DNA of 64,000 nucleotides from Octopus vulgaris (Eukaryota). The stretch covers positions 61,070,001 through 61,134,000 of the forward strand of contig OX597823.1 in assembly GCA_951406725.2 (NCBI GenBank), written 5' to 3'. The position numbers were made by a program, and so were the translations under genes. Of the stretch, positions 52,357 through 63,980 are shown one piece after another; position 1 is the first letter of the stretch, and each line of letters opens with the position of its first letter. The notes under the pieces were generated by a model, which made no database searches, was not told the DNA's origin, and worked only from the letters and a program-made list of their open reading frames with translations.

Positions 52357-53142
52357 TGTATGTATGTATGTGTGTATATATATAGATAGATAGATAGATA
52401 GATGTTTGTATGCGTGCATTTAAGCACATTTCAATATGACATTTTTTTTTCTTGTATCAAATATGTTTGTTTTTAATATTTCGAATCTTGCAATTGAGAT
52501 AATAATGAATGATGTAGTTTAATTAAGTTTTCAGGAACTAGCTAATTCATAATCATAAAAATATCTTCTTTTTTTTTTAAAGTCAAGTAAACAAGATTAA
52601 AAGTGCAAATGCATCATCATCATCATCATTATCAAACTGAAGATTTTGAAAAAGATTCCTATATTTTAGATTGTTTTTTTTGTTTTTTTTCAGATTAAAT
52701 GCTTTTGACTTGTGCTAACTCTATTCTTGTAAATATTACAGGAATAGTGTTATAAAAAACACTTTTAAGAATCATTTGTGTCTAGCCTAATGACTAATGA
52801 TAGATAACTTACAATCACTGAGGTGATGCCTGCGATAGAATTCAATGCACAGACTTGATCAAAAAGACTGAAGAAAACTTAGAAGATGTAAAGCAAGTTT
52901 AAACGATTAAACAATGAGTGATGTTTCCATTCTGCACTGATTCATTAATTCTGAATTCTGTCATTCATTAAGCGTATTCAACTATAGCAGAACCATCTTA
53001 CTATATTGTCACATTTTCCACTTGTGGAATTGATCTATCTAATTATGTGTGTATTTGAAAAAGTGACTGGCCTTACTATCAGCCCAAGGGACTGATGTTT
53101 CATAATCATGCTTTCGTCAATGTTAATATGTATCTTTGGCCT

Positions 53143-53355
53143 AGGCGGTGAGCTGACAAAATCCTTAAAACACTGGGCAGAATGCTTAGAAGCATTTTAT
53201 CTATCTTTATGTTCTGAGTTCAAATGCTGCCATGATTGACTTTGCCTTTCATCCTACCGGGGTTAATAAAATAAGTACCAGACAAACGCTGGGGTCCATG
53301 TAATTGACATTCCCCCTCCCTGGTAACCATTGACCTTGTGCCAAAATTCAAAACC
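53143..53355 (+). mobile_element. SINE family B with a 17-bp imperfect TSD
   Basis: aatatgtatctttggcc (53125-53141) and aatatgtatccctggcc (53356-53372). Confidence 0.9.
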
Positions 53356-53383
53356 AATATGTATCCCTGGCCAACATACTTAA

Positions 53384-53574
53384 CCCTTTAGCATTTAAAC
53401 TGGTCATATCTGGCCAAAATAATTTAACTGTTTTATGTTCAACCTGACTGGATCTGACCTCTCACACCAATCACATCATTGAAATCTCAAAGCTATGAGA
53501 TAGTGCATGATTAATTCAAAAAATGTGAATAAATAAGCTTTACAGTTGACAGAATAACTTTAGATGCTAATGGG
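53384..53574 (+). mobile_element. piggyBac-type MITE, TTAA TSD, CCC...GGG termini
   Basis: ttaa-ccctttagcatt ... gatgctaatggg-ttaa. Confidence 0.9.
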
Positions 53575-54373
53575 TTAACAGTCAATTCAGTTTATCAGTG
53601 CATATATTTGAAAATAGGTACCATGTGTAGGTACAGCTGAATGTTGTTAGAAATAAATGTGTGTTAGGAGAATGATGTATGAAAGTTCAAACTGGGTGTG
53701 TCGAGGATCTGAGATATCTAGGGAAGAACAAGGTGAGTGTAAGTCTAATCTGTAAGAATTAAGAACATGTGACTAAATATCTGTAATAATGAGCCCCTGG
53801 TCAGCTCTGATCAACTTATGATCACAGACCTCCTCGCTGTGATTATCTCAGCTTTTTGTAATATTCCAGGATTAACACTGTGAATATTTCTACACTGGGT
53901 GAGTATTAAGCATGTGTGCAGTAGTACTGAGGTATTTAGTATTTATAATTTGTGCATGCTGCTTCTGCTTGCTACACTGCTCCCATTTGCTATCAAAAGC
54001 TATCCTTCTTTATAGAAGTGAAAAAAGTGATTGAGTGCATAAGTCTCTTTTGGCTAGTACACTGTCTACTCCCAAAATTCTTGTAGATCCTTTTTATGGC
54101 CATATCTGGTAATTAGGTACTTTGTAGTTCCAGTGTAAACTATGGAGGATCTCTGAGCAACAGTGGTCTGAAACGAGTATGTGCATGGGCCCACTAGTGT
54201 GCAGGCATGTCCTGACATCTATCAACAACTGTTATATCTATGAGCTAATAGCAAGTACAGATGGAGCTCATGAAAGGCACTCTGTCTAACAGAAGGTTAC
54301 TGCAGAGAAAAACTAGGGGTGCTGCTCACATTTGGTACTATATCATATGTCACCAGAAAGTTTCTGAGTAAAG

Positions 54374-54433
54374 GTCAGATGAAAGCTTATGCCTAAATGA
54401 ATAGGGTGAGTTTGTGATGAAACAGCTGTTGAC
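54374..54433 (+). ncRNA. Degenerate hammerhead-like motif within an unclassified GC-richer segment (about 53870-54490)
   Basis: gtC-AGATGA-aagctta..ccta/tagg..tgagttt-gtgat-GAAACAGCTGTT-gac. It has the same palindromic stem III as 52088-52099, but the core is mutated. Confidence 0.4.
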
Positions 54434-54496
54434 AATCCTAATAGAGGCCTGGGAATGGAGGTGCCACTGGATAACATGCCTGAGGATGAGCTAAAC

Positions 54497-54789
54497 AATC
54501 CTTTCTACTATGGGCACAAGGCCTGAAATTTGGGAATGGAGGCTTGTCAATTACATCGACCCCAGTGCTCAGTGGGAACTTATTTCATCAATACAGTTCT
54601 ATTTAAGAGATGGGGAATTATGTACATTATTTACATTTCAAAGATATTTGTCCTCATCTTCTTGGCTCCTAACACAATGTTTTGGCTGATATACCCTCCA
54701 GCCTTCATCAGGTGTCTTGGGGAAATTTCGAACCTGGGTTCTCATTCCTAAGGTATTTTTCAATGTTATTATCATTATCATTATCGTTG

Positions 54790-54820
<31 letters not shown>

Positions 54821-55270
54821 CAGGTCACTGCCTGAAATTGAACTCGGAATCTTGGGTTAGTAGCTTGCGCTCTTAACCACTACGCCATATGCCCATGGGC
54901 ATATGGTGTAGTTGTTAAGAGCATGGCCTACTAACCCCAAAATTCTGAGTTCTATTCCAGGCAGTGACTGGAATAATAACAATAATAATAATAATAATAA
55001 TAATAATGATAATAACATTGAAAAATACCTTAGGAATGAGAACCCAGGTTCAAAGTTTCCCCAAGACACCTGATGAAGGCTGGGAGGGAATATCAGCCGA
55101 AATGTGTTAGCAACAAACAATATGAGGACAAATATCTGTCAAATGTAAATAATGTAAATAATTATTTTATCAACCCTGAACGGTGATAGGCAAAGTCAAC
55201 CCTGGTGTCATTTGTACTCAGCATGTAAAGCCAGAAATGCTGCTAAGCATTTTGTCCAGTATGCTAACAA
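54497..55270 (-). mobile_element. SINE family B split by the palindromic element
   Basis: The B tail (54497-54591) and B head (55164-55270) rejoin when 54592-55163 is removed. Confidence 0.85.
54592..55163. mobile_element. Head-to-head palindromic element: each arm = tRNA-like head + (AAT)n + minimal type I hammerhead + tail
   Basis: The inverted repeat 54616-55163 is centred on gcccatgggc (54891-54900). A/B boxes point outward on both strands. Hammerheads lie at 55065-55108 (+) and 54671-54716 (-). A 24-nt extra tail is present on one arm only. Near-TSD atttcatcaa / attttatcaa. Confidence 0.85.
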
Positions 55271-55339
55271 TTGGGCCAATTTGCTGCATAAGGATGATCT
55301 AAATAAGGTCTGTGCTGACTAATGCAGTGTCTGTCATGC

Positions 55340-55955
55340 ATTCTTTTACTTATTCCATTCATTGGGATGTGGCCATGATGGAGTACTGCCTTGAAAGGTT
55401 TTGTTAATCGAATTGACTCCAGTATTTTAAGTCTGGTATTTATTCTATCAATGTCTTCTTGCCAAATGACTAGGTTATGGGGACACAAACAAACTAGTGG
55501 TTGTCAAGCAATGAGAGACAAATACAAAAATTCACACGTACATATATACATATACATACACACATACATGCATACATATTTACATACATACTTGCATACA
55601 CACACATATACACACATGCCGAGACCCCCTTCGGTCACAACACAGACCATGGGATTGTACCTAGAAAGTTACCCTCCCAGACACAAGTCCGGGCAAGGTT
55701 GTTTATGGAAGACCAGCAGTTGCCCATGCATACCAGCCTCTCCTCTCCACACCACCAGTGTTATCCAAGGGAAAGGCGAAGGCTGATACAGCTTGGCACC
55801 TGTGATGTCGCAACTAATTTCTACAGCTGAGTGATCTGGAGCAACGTGAAATAAAGTGTCTTGCTCAAGAACACAACATGCAGCCTGGTTCAGGATTTGA
55901 ACTCGCAACCTCACGATCATAAGCTTGATGCTCTAACCACTGATCCATGTGCCTC
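55340..55955 (-). mobile_element. Family A tail (55340-55520) followed by a family C SINE (55620-55955) in (TACA)n
   Basis: Homology to the other copies in the window. Confidence 0.88.
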
Positions 55956-56049
55956 CACACATATGTACATACATATATACGTTGCTCCACACATACATAC
56001 ATACATACATACATACATACATACATACATACATACACACACTCATACA

Positions 56050-57010
56050 TCCCTTCAGCAATATCCATTAACCACCAAGTGTCAAAGTGCATCCTATGAC
56101 CAAATTTGCATACCTGAAGCTGATAACATCATGAGACTTGGAAAGCAGTTCCTTGAGTAACATTCCTTGTCTGGTAACCTTAAATACATGCCAAACTCTA
56201 CCACAATGTATCATCAGATGAAAGGATGAACATGTAAGAAGACCATGTGTGGATATGTTGGTAGAAAGCTCTGGGATGATAGTACCATTGATCATCAAAG
56301 CAGTTTATCATGGACCAACAACCAGCTTACTAACTCCCACTTTGGAACAGGAAATGTCAACCAAATATCTGATGCACAAAAGGGACAGAGATGCAGGAAA
56401 AGCAGTAAAATGTGATAACCAATGCAGACTTTGTGGAGTTATCACCAACAATATTACCCATATGATAAGTAGTTGTCCGAAAATGTCATCACGGTATTAT
56501 CTGCTGATGAGACATGATGTTGTAGCTAGGACACTGTATAATGAGATCCGTCAGAAAGATAACCCTGAGGCCAAAGAAATAAGAAATATGGTAGAGGTCA
56601 TAGCCACTCATAATATAAAAGAGTACTGGTGCAATATCCCAGTGAAGACTTCAATAAAATGCTAACATAATAGATTTGACATAGTGATTTGGGATAGAGA
56701 AGAGAAACTGTGTGCAGTTCTGGAAATCAGCTGCCCAGCAGATATTAACATGAAGCAAAAAAGAAAAGACCTATGCTGAACTATTGAGAAATCTACTGTT
56801 ACTCTACCCAGATTACAACTTCAGGTTTATACTTGTAATTATTGGGGCACTGGAATACATAACACACTGCCTAAGTACCTATCTTGAGAAATTAGATTTC
56901 TCAAACCTAGAAAGGAGAAAGCTGGTTTGAAGACTACAGATCTACAGCTGGTTTGAAGACTACAGTTCCATCACTGGAACTAAAAATCTATAGAACTTTC
57001 CACAAGGTTT
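56050..57010 (+). pseudogene. R4/Dong-type (restriction-like endonuclease) non-LTR retrotransposon 3' remnant
   Basis: ORF 56249-56665 has the CCHC knuckle CRLC..(x8)H..SSC and the RHD motif. Downstream broken frames give RFDIVIWDREEKLCAVLEISCP (PD..D/E nuclease) and VIIGALEYI, with stops and frameshifts. Confidence 0.9.
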
Positions 57011-57296
57011 TCTTTTCCTTTTCAAACAATTGAAGTGTGATTTTGGGGGCAATTTACTGTTATTTGGGTCATAATTATTGTTGCCCAGTGAAATAGGTGA
57101 TAAGTTTAGTTTAAGGAGCTGTATTAAGCTTAATTCTACTTTGAGCCTATTAACATAATTTCTTGGTCAGTATTGTGCAAGTTAAGAAAATATCTAAATG
57201 TACTTGATAGGATATATATTTATCCAATAAAAATTACCCCCTTACTCTTGTTATATATGAGTAGTTGTAGTAGCATTATATAAAATAAAAAATAAA

Positions 57297-57545
57297 TGCA
57301 CCCTTTTAAAGCCTAGCCAGGCTCATGGGCCCAGTTTCCCGGTTTCTATGGCGTGTGTGTTCCCCCCAGCTGGACGGGACGCCAGTCCATTGCAGCGTTA
57401 CTCATTTTTACCAGCTGAGTGGGCTGGAGCAACATGAAATGAAGTGTTTTGCTCAAGAATGCAACATGTCACCCAGTCCAGGAATCGAAACCACAATCTT
57501 ATGATCATGATGCTGACACCCTAACCACTAAGCCATGCGCCTCCA
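57297..57545 (-). mobile_element. tRNA-derived SINE with a V-domain-like centre
   Basis: Minus strand tggcttagtggttagggt/ttcgattcc head and taacgctgcaatggactggcgtcccgtccagctggggg, which resembles the V-SINE domain. Confidence 0.75.
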
Positions 57546-57640
57546 CAGTACCATTATATATTTCAACTAAACTTCTGAGAAAATATCCCTAGATATCACC
57601 AGACAAATCAAAGTTCTATTTAATATTAATGTATATAAAA

Positions 57641-58890
57641 AGGTGGTGAGCTGACAGAATCATTAGCACACCAAGCAAAATGCTTAGCAGATATTTGTCT
57701 GGCTTTATATTCTGAATTCAAATTCCAATATGGTCAACTTTGTCTTCCATCCTTTCAGGGTCAGTGAAATCTTCTTCCTGGCATCACTGCATTGATGAAG
57801 ATTAGGAAGGCTGTTGTCCACACCGTCTGCATGCTTGTTCGTGGCTGATAAGGCCAATGTGGGATCAACATATTTGATTGCATTGATGACAGATGTATGG
57901 TTGTTCAGGGTCTAACGATGCAGCTGCATTATTTTTCTGCCTCTGATATTTGTCTCAAGAGGGGCACTTGTGAGAGATCTCAAAGGAGGAAACAACATTG
58001 CTGATGGTATGACATCGAGCAGCATGGTCAGCTGTTAGAGTGGACCACTCACAATAATCAATGGGGAAGTCAGTGAAATAAGTACCAGTTGAACACTGTG
58101 GCCAATGTAATCAATTTAGCCCATCCCTTGAAGATGTTAGCCATGAGCCAAAATTTGAAACATCTATTAATGTACGCATAAAAGTGGTGAGCTAGCAGAA
58201 TTATCATCATGCACAGCACAATGCTATGCTTAGTGGTATTTCGTCAATTTTTATGTTGTCAGTTCAAATTCTGTCACAGTCAACTTCACCTTTCATCCTT
58301 TTGGGATCGAAAAAATAAGTGCCAATGGAGCATTTGGGTTGATGTAATTGGCTTAACCCCACTCCCGAAATTGCTGGCCTTGGGCCAGAATTTGAAACCA
58401 ATATTAAATGTACATAACAGAATCATTAGCATGCCAGGCAAAATGCTTAGTGGTATTTCTGGGTTCAGATGCCATGATGCCAATTTGAAGCCAATATTGA
58501 TGTACACATGACATACCTTTGTTAAAGTAATATATATACATATATTTCTGCCAACATCAACTTTGCCTTTCATCCTTTCAGGATCGATAAATTAAGTACC
58601 AGTTGTGTGCTGGGGTCGATCTAATCAACAGCCTACTCAACTTCCCCAAAATTTCAGGCTGTGTGCCTAGAGTAGATAAGAATATTTCTGTCCTATTCTT
58701 ATTTAGCTTGCTAAATGCTTAGTGGTATTTCATCTGTCTTTGTGTTCTGAGTTCAAATTCCACCGAGGTCAACTTTGCCTTTCATCCTTTTGGGGTTGAT
58801 AAATTAAGTAGCAGTTGCATACTGGGTTCAATCTAATTGACTGGCCCCTCCTCAAAATTTTGGGCTTTGTGCCTAGAGTAGAAAAGAATA
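57641..58890 (+). mobile_element. Tandem cluster of 5-6 full or partial family B SINEs
   Basis: Copies at about 57641-58160 (interrupted), 58183-58400, 58419-58495, 58550-58682 and 58713-58888. Confidence 0.85.
57771..58068 (-). mobile_element. 5'-truncated RTE-type LINE 3' end with an 11-bp TSD
   Basis: TSD gtcagtgaaat (57760-57770 and 58069-58079). The minus strand translates YICHQCNQIC*SHIGLISHEQAC, the C-terminal C2H2-like motif of RTE ORFs. Confidence 0.85.
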
Positions 58891-59306
58891 TATACACATA
58901 TATCGTTTGTGAATATATTGGTATGTGTGTTTCTACACTACATACCTCTCTACATGGGGCAGCTGCGTAAGGAGGATAACTTACACACACACACATACAT
59001 ACATACATACATATATACATACTTACACACAAACATACATACATGCATGCATGCATACATGAATGTATGCATACATACATACATACATAATTTTGTTTTG
59101 CTGCCAGTGAAATGACACAGCTCTATTCAGATATACGTGCCGGAAGAAACTTACTTTTTTTTTTTAACCACAGGAAATCAATGAGATATTGATGAGTATC
59201 TATCTCAATAAAGACTCATGAAATAGCAGTATTTTTCTAAATTATTGACTGCTCAACTTTCCTCTAATGCTTCATTACTATAGCTGCCTGAATCTTCCAC
59301 AGAAGC

Positions 59307-59307
<1 letters not shown>

Positions 59308-59341
<34 letters not shown>

Positions 59342-59372
59342 TCCTTCTTTCCTTCTCTCTTTCTTTCTTTCT
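59308..59372. repeat. (TTTC)n microsatellite
   Basis: Direct inspection. Confidence 0.9.
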
Positions 59373-60289
59373 GTCTTAGTTGATCTTTTTTTGTGATGTT
59401 TACCGTAAGCTAAGAGAAATTGCTTTTACCATCTCATAGGTAAATTGTGGATTTATTTAAGTTATAGCCCAGTCCAGAAGCTTGAAGATAATCCTTTTAC
59501 TTAGATCTAATCATATGCTGAGATAAGCTAGCTGGTTATTCGAGTGTATAAAAGAAGCAACATCAGCTTAAGTGATTGCTACGTAAAAGGAACACACAAA
59601 TCTATATGTTATTCTATGCGACAATATCGGAAGATAAAAGCAAAATCTGACATAGATTCAGTTTCGAAACATTAATTTCTTTTTCTAGCATTTAGTGTCC
59701 TCAACATAATGTCCATATCAATGACAAGATATAACGAGACAGACAGAATTAATAATAAGCTTTTGTTAGCTTAATGTATGTAGCATTGTTTAACATTGAT
59801 ATTTTCAACATTGATCAATGTTGTATCGGAGAACTTAGATAATATGGTTGGAAAACATCACAACACCAGATACTACTTATTAGCCATACTTCATACCAAC
59901 TATTATGATTTTCTCACTTAGGCACAAGGCCAAAATTTTTTTTTTTTTTAAGTTGATGGCTATTTTGACTTACATTGATACCAGTTTATAATTAGCTGCT
60001 TTTTTCTTTCTATTTTTTTTCTTTTTTTTTTTTTCATTCAACTTAAAAAGATTCAGTGACCTTAGTAATTTAGCACAATGCTTGGAATCAGAGGCATGTG
60101 CATGTAAGAACAAATAGTTACTGCAGTATAGCATACTACTGTCTAAGGTTATTTCCACAGCTGTGGGGAAAATGTTTGCATGCATTCATCCATTGCATAC
60201 ATACATACATGCATACATACATACATACACACATACATACATACATACACACATACATACATACATACATACATACATACACACATTTT

Positions 60290-61008
60290 GAGACCCCCCT
60301 TCGGTCACAACACAGACCATGGAATTGCACCTAGAAAGTTACCCTCCCAGACACAAGTCCGGGCAAGGTTGTTTATGGAAGACCAGCAGTCGCCCATGCA
60401 TACCGGCCTCTCCTCTCCACGCCACCAGTATTATCCAAGGGAAAGGCAAAGGCCGATACAGCTTGGCACCTGTGATGTCGCAACTCATTTCTACAGCTGA
60501 GTGAACTGGAACAACATGAAAGAAAGTGTCTTGCTCAAGAACACAACACGCAGACCGGGCCGGGATTCGAGCTCGCAACCTCACGATCGTAAGCTTGACG
60601 CTTTAACCACTGAGCTATGCATACATACATACATACATACATACATACATACATACATACACACACACATTTTGAGACCCCCCCTTCGGTCATGACACAG
60701 ACCATGGGATTGCACCTAGAAAGTTACCCTCCCAGACACAAGTCCGGGCAAGGTTGTTTATGGAAGACCAGCAGTCACCCATGCATACCGGCCTCTCCTC
60801 TCCATGCCACCAGTATTATCCAAGGGAAAGGCAAAGGCCGATACAGCTTGGCACCTGTGACATCGCAACTCATTTCTACAGCTGTGTGAACTGGAACAAC
60901 ATGAAAAACAGTGTCTTGCTCAAGAACACAACACGCAGACCGGTCCGGGATTCGAGCTCGCAACCTCACGGTCGTAAGCTCGACACTCTAACCACTGAGC
61001 CATGTGCC
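60290..61008 (-). mobile_element. Two tandem young family C SINEs (60290-60618, 60673-61008) embedded in (TACA)n
   Basis: Highly similar CpG-rich copies, separated and flanked by (CATA)n. Confidence 0.93.
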
Positions 61009-61090
61009 TTTACATACATACATACATGCATGCATGCATGCATGCATACATACATACATACATACATACATACATACATACATACATACA

Positions 61091-61124
<34 letters not shown>

Positions 61125-61269
61125 CATACAAACATACATACATGCATGCATGCATACATATTTGCAGTATTATAGATCTATTTCAGCTGATCTTACCACT
61201 CAGTTCCTGGATATTAGATAACAGTGTGGTTGAATAACTCCACATGCATTTCAGAGATGGCAGGTATCT

Positions 61270-62018
61270 TTCAGTCATTAGACTGCAGCCATGCTGGGGT
61301 ACTTCCTTGAAGAATCAATACAAGTATTTATTTACTTTTTAGATAAGTCTAGTACTTATTCTATTGGTCTCTTTTGTCTAGCAACTAAGGGATCATCATC
61401 ATCATCATCATCATCGTTTAACGTCCGCTTTCCATGCTAGCATGGGTTGGACGGTTCAACTGGGGTCTGGGGAGCCCGAAGGCTGCACCAGGCCAGTCAG
61501 ATCTGGCAGTGTTTCTACAGCTGGATGCCCTTCCTAACGCCAACCACTCCACATATTTGCAAATCAGAGCAAAAAAGGTAAAAAAAAAATTTTAAAAAAA
61601 AAGACAGCTGGCATTCCGTCGGTTGTGACATTCTGCTCGCGAAAGTAAAGAAGTTAATGTGCAAGTGGCTGAGTACTCCACAGACAGCGTGACACACAGA
61701 GTGTAACAAGGCTGACCCTTTGAATTACCTTTGAGATACCTGCCATCTCTGATGGGGATGTAAATACACCAGCACTGTTTGTCAAGCAGTAGTGGGGAAC
61801 AAACACACACATATATATATAGAGAGAGAAATAGACAGACAGACAGATAAATGAATGATGAGCTTTTGTCAGTTCTTGTCTACCAAATCCATTCACAAAG
61901 CTTTGGTCAATCCGAGGCTATAGTAGAAGACACTTGCCCAAGGTGCCTCGCAGTGGGATTGAGCCTGAAACCATGTTATTTGGAAGCAAACTTCTTACCA
62001 CACACTTACACCTGCACC
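61270..62018 (-). mobile_element. Family A SINE interrupted by an RTE-tail SINE fragment (61393-61550) and a family D fragment (61605-61745)
   Basis: (cat)n-cgtttaacgtccgctttccatgctagcatggg...ggatgcccttcctaacgcc, and gtgcaagtggctgagtactccacagaca. Confidence 0.8.
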
Positions 62019-62168
62019 TACATATAAATAACAAAAAATAGCTTCAACTAGTCATCTAGTTACTCTAGAACAAAAGCTACACTCCCAACCAGCTATGACT
62101 GCAATAGGATTTAAAATCCAGCTGAAACTCATTAAATTCATCTGCTAATAACCATCATTAGATGGCCC

Positions 62169-62310
62169 CTTAATTTATTGATCCCAAAAGGATGAAAGGC
62201 AAGGTCAATCTAGGCAGAATTTGAACTCAGAACGTAAAGATGGATGACATGCCACAAAGCATTTTTGCCCAGCGTGCTAACGATTCTGCCAGTTTACCAC
62301 CCTAATGGTG

Positions 62311-62340
<30 letters not shown>
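62169..62340 (-). mobile_element. Family B SINE 5' part, near-identical to 63635-63805
   Basis: Shared private variants (ggtcaatctaggc, atggatgacatgccacaaagc). Confidence 0.9.
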
Positions 62341-62344
<4 letters not shown>

Positions 62345-62367
62345 TGATGATGATGATGGAATTGTTG

Positions 62368-62577
62368 GATTACAGGTAAGTTCACCACCATCAATTCACT
62401 GTGAAGAAAGTTCACCATGAAGAACGGTCCCCATGAAGAATGGTCACTGTGAAGAAGATTCACCATGAGGAAAGTTTACCAAGAAAATATATCCATAGTA
62501 TCTTAACATTAATAGATAAAAACTATTTTATTGAAAAAAAGAATAGGGAATTGATGACAGTGAACTTACCAGGTATG
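62368..62577. mobile_element. Mutator/Foldback-like MITE with about 30-bp TIRs, a 9-bp TSD and an internal 16-bp tandem repeat
   Basis: TSD gaattgttg (62359-62367 and 62578-62586). TIR ggtaagttcaccaccatcaattc / gaattgatgacagtgaacttacc. About 6 units of aagttcaccatgaaga. Confidence 0.8.
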
Positions 62578-62944
62578 GAATTGTTGAAGTGTTATCATGA
62601 CATACGTTGTGTTGTTGGCAAAATCCATCCCTCTCCAAGTGTGAAAACAACTGATTTCATCCAGTGGAATTGAATCTGAAATCACTTGATTCTGAAGTGA
62701 ATTCCATATCCACACATCCGTGTCTGAGCCTATAGTAAATATATTTGTTGTATGAATGAAGACATCACACACCTCTTACTTGAACGGTCTCCTTCATACT
62801 TTGACAATCAAACCAGAAACTAGTTTTGTCCCTCCTACAAGGCCTAATCAACAGGAAGGTCATGGCTGGAATATATTCGATTACAGACATGCTAAATTAG
62901 GAGGAATCTTAAGCTGGTTAAACAACAAGCTTGTATTTTATGAT

Positions 62945-63266
62945 GACATGGCACTCTGTCTGTTACGAGGACAAGGGTTCCAGTTGAGCCAATGGAACAG
63001 CCTGCTTATGAAACTAATGCACAAATGGCTGAGTACTTCACAGACATGTGTAGCTTTAAAATAACTCTCAGGGAGATTCAGTGAGACACAGATGTGACAA
63101 GATTGGCTCTTTGAAATACAGATACTACTCATTTTTGCCTGCTGAGTGGACTGGAGCAATATAAAATAAAGTGTCTTGCTCAAGGATACAATGGTCTGCT
63201 GGGAATTGAAATCATGACATTGTGATTGAAAGTCAAGTACCTTAACCACTATGCTACAAGCCTCCA
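62945..63266 (-). mobile_element. tRNA/CORE-like SINE with the family D tail
   Basis: agggttccagttg..gaacagcctgct..tggctgagtact.cacagaca..ctggagcaa..gtgtcttgctcaagga..cttaaccact. Confidence 0.85.
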
Positions 63267-63552
63267 CTTATGTTGATATAAGTGATATAATATACAGATC
63301 GTTGTCAAGTGACTGCTTTTTCTGTTTAATTATTCTCTTTATGTGTTCATGTGGATCAAGTGTACAAGTTTGGTGGTGTTGGTGGGCCCTTAATACCTCA
63401 TGGAGTCATAGTGGTGGTGGTGGTGGTGGTGGTGATTGGGGCTGTCATAACATAATGTATCTTTGGTATCTTAAACCTGGCAAATCCCATCTCTTTCGAG
63501 ATCTGAACACAGTCAATTGCTTCTGGAGAGGATGATGATGGTGATAATAATA

Positions 63553-63770
63553 ATCCTTTCTACTGGAGGCACAAGGCCTGAAATTTTGGGGGAGGGGACT
63601 AGTCGACTACACCAATCCCAGTGTTTCACTGGTACTTAATTTATTGATCCCAAAAGGATGAAAAGCAAGGTCAATCTAGGCAGAATTTGAATTCAGAACG
63701 TAAAGATGGATGACATGCCACAAAGCATTTTTGCCCAGCGTGCTAACGATTCTGCCAGTTTACCACCCTA
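63553..63770 (-). mobile_element. Family B SINE, full length, in (AAT/GAT)n; another copy begins at 63978
   Basis: atcctttctactggaggcacaaggcctgaaatttt ... ctgccagtttaccacc. Confidence 0.9.
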
Positions 63771-63776
63771 ATGCTG

Positions 63777-63829
<53 letters not shown>

Positions 63830-63933
63830 GATGATAATAATAATAAACACCATTTAGCTGGCATGTGTTAGACTGAAACTGGTAAGGTAGAGAGTTGCAC
63901 TAGGTTTCAATCTGATATGGCATAATGATGATG

Positions 63934-63980
<47 letters not shown>

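Noticed and set aside
54825-54970. Genuine tRNA genes
   Set aside because: A/B boxes are present, but the acceptor stem does not pair and the sequence continues into repeat body. These are tRNA-derived heads, as in the other SINEs.
4544-60969. Recurrent peptide LFMEDQQ.PMHT.LSSP in several ORFs, suggesting a gene family
   Set aside because: These are antisense or sense readings of SINE family C copies.
12240-61237. Numerous 60-155 aa ORFs rich in I/Y/C/V/H/T
   Set aside because: They are translations of (TA)n, (TG)n and (TACA)n microsatellites, which lack stop codons. They are not genes.
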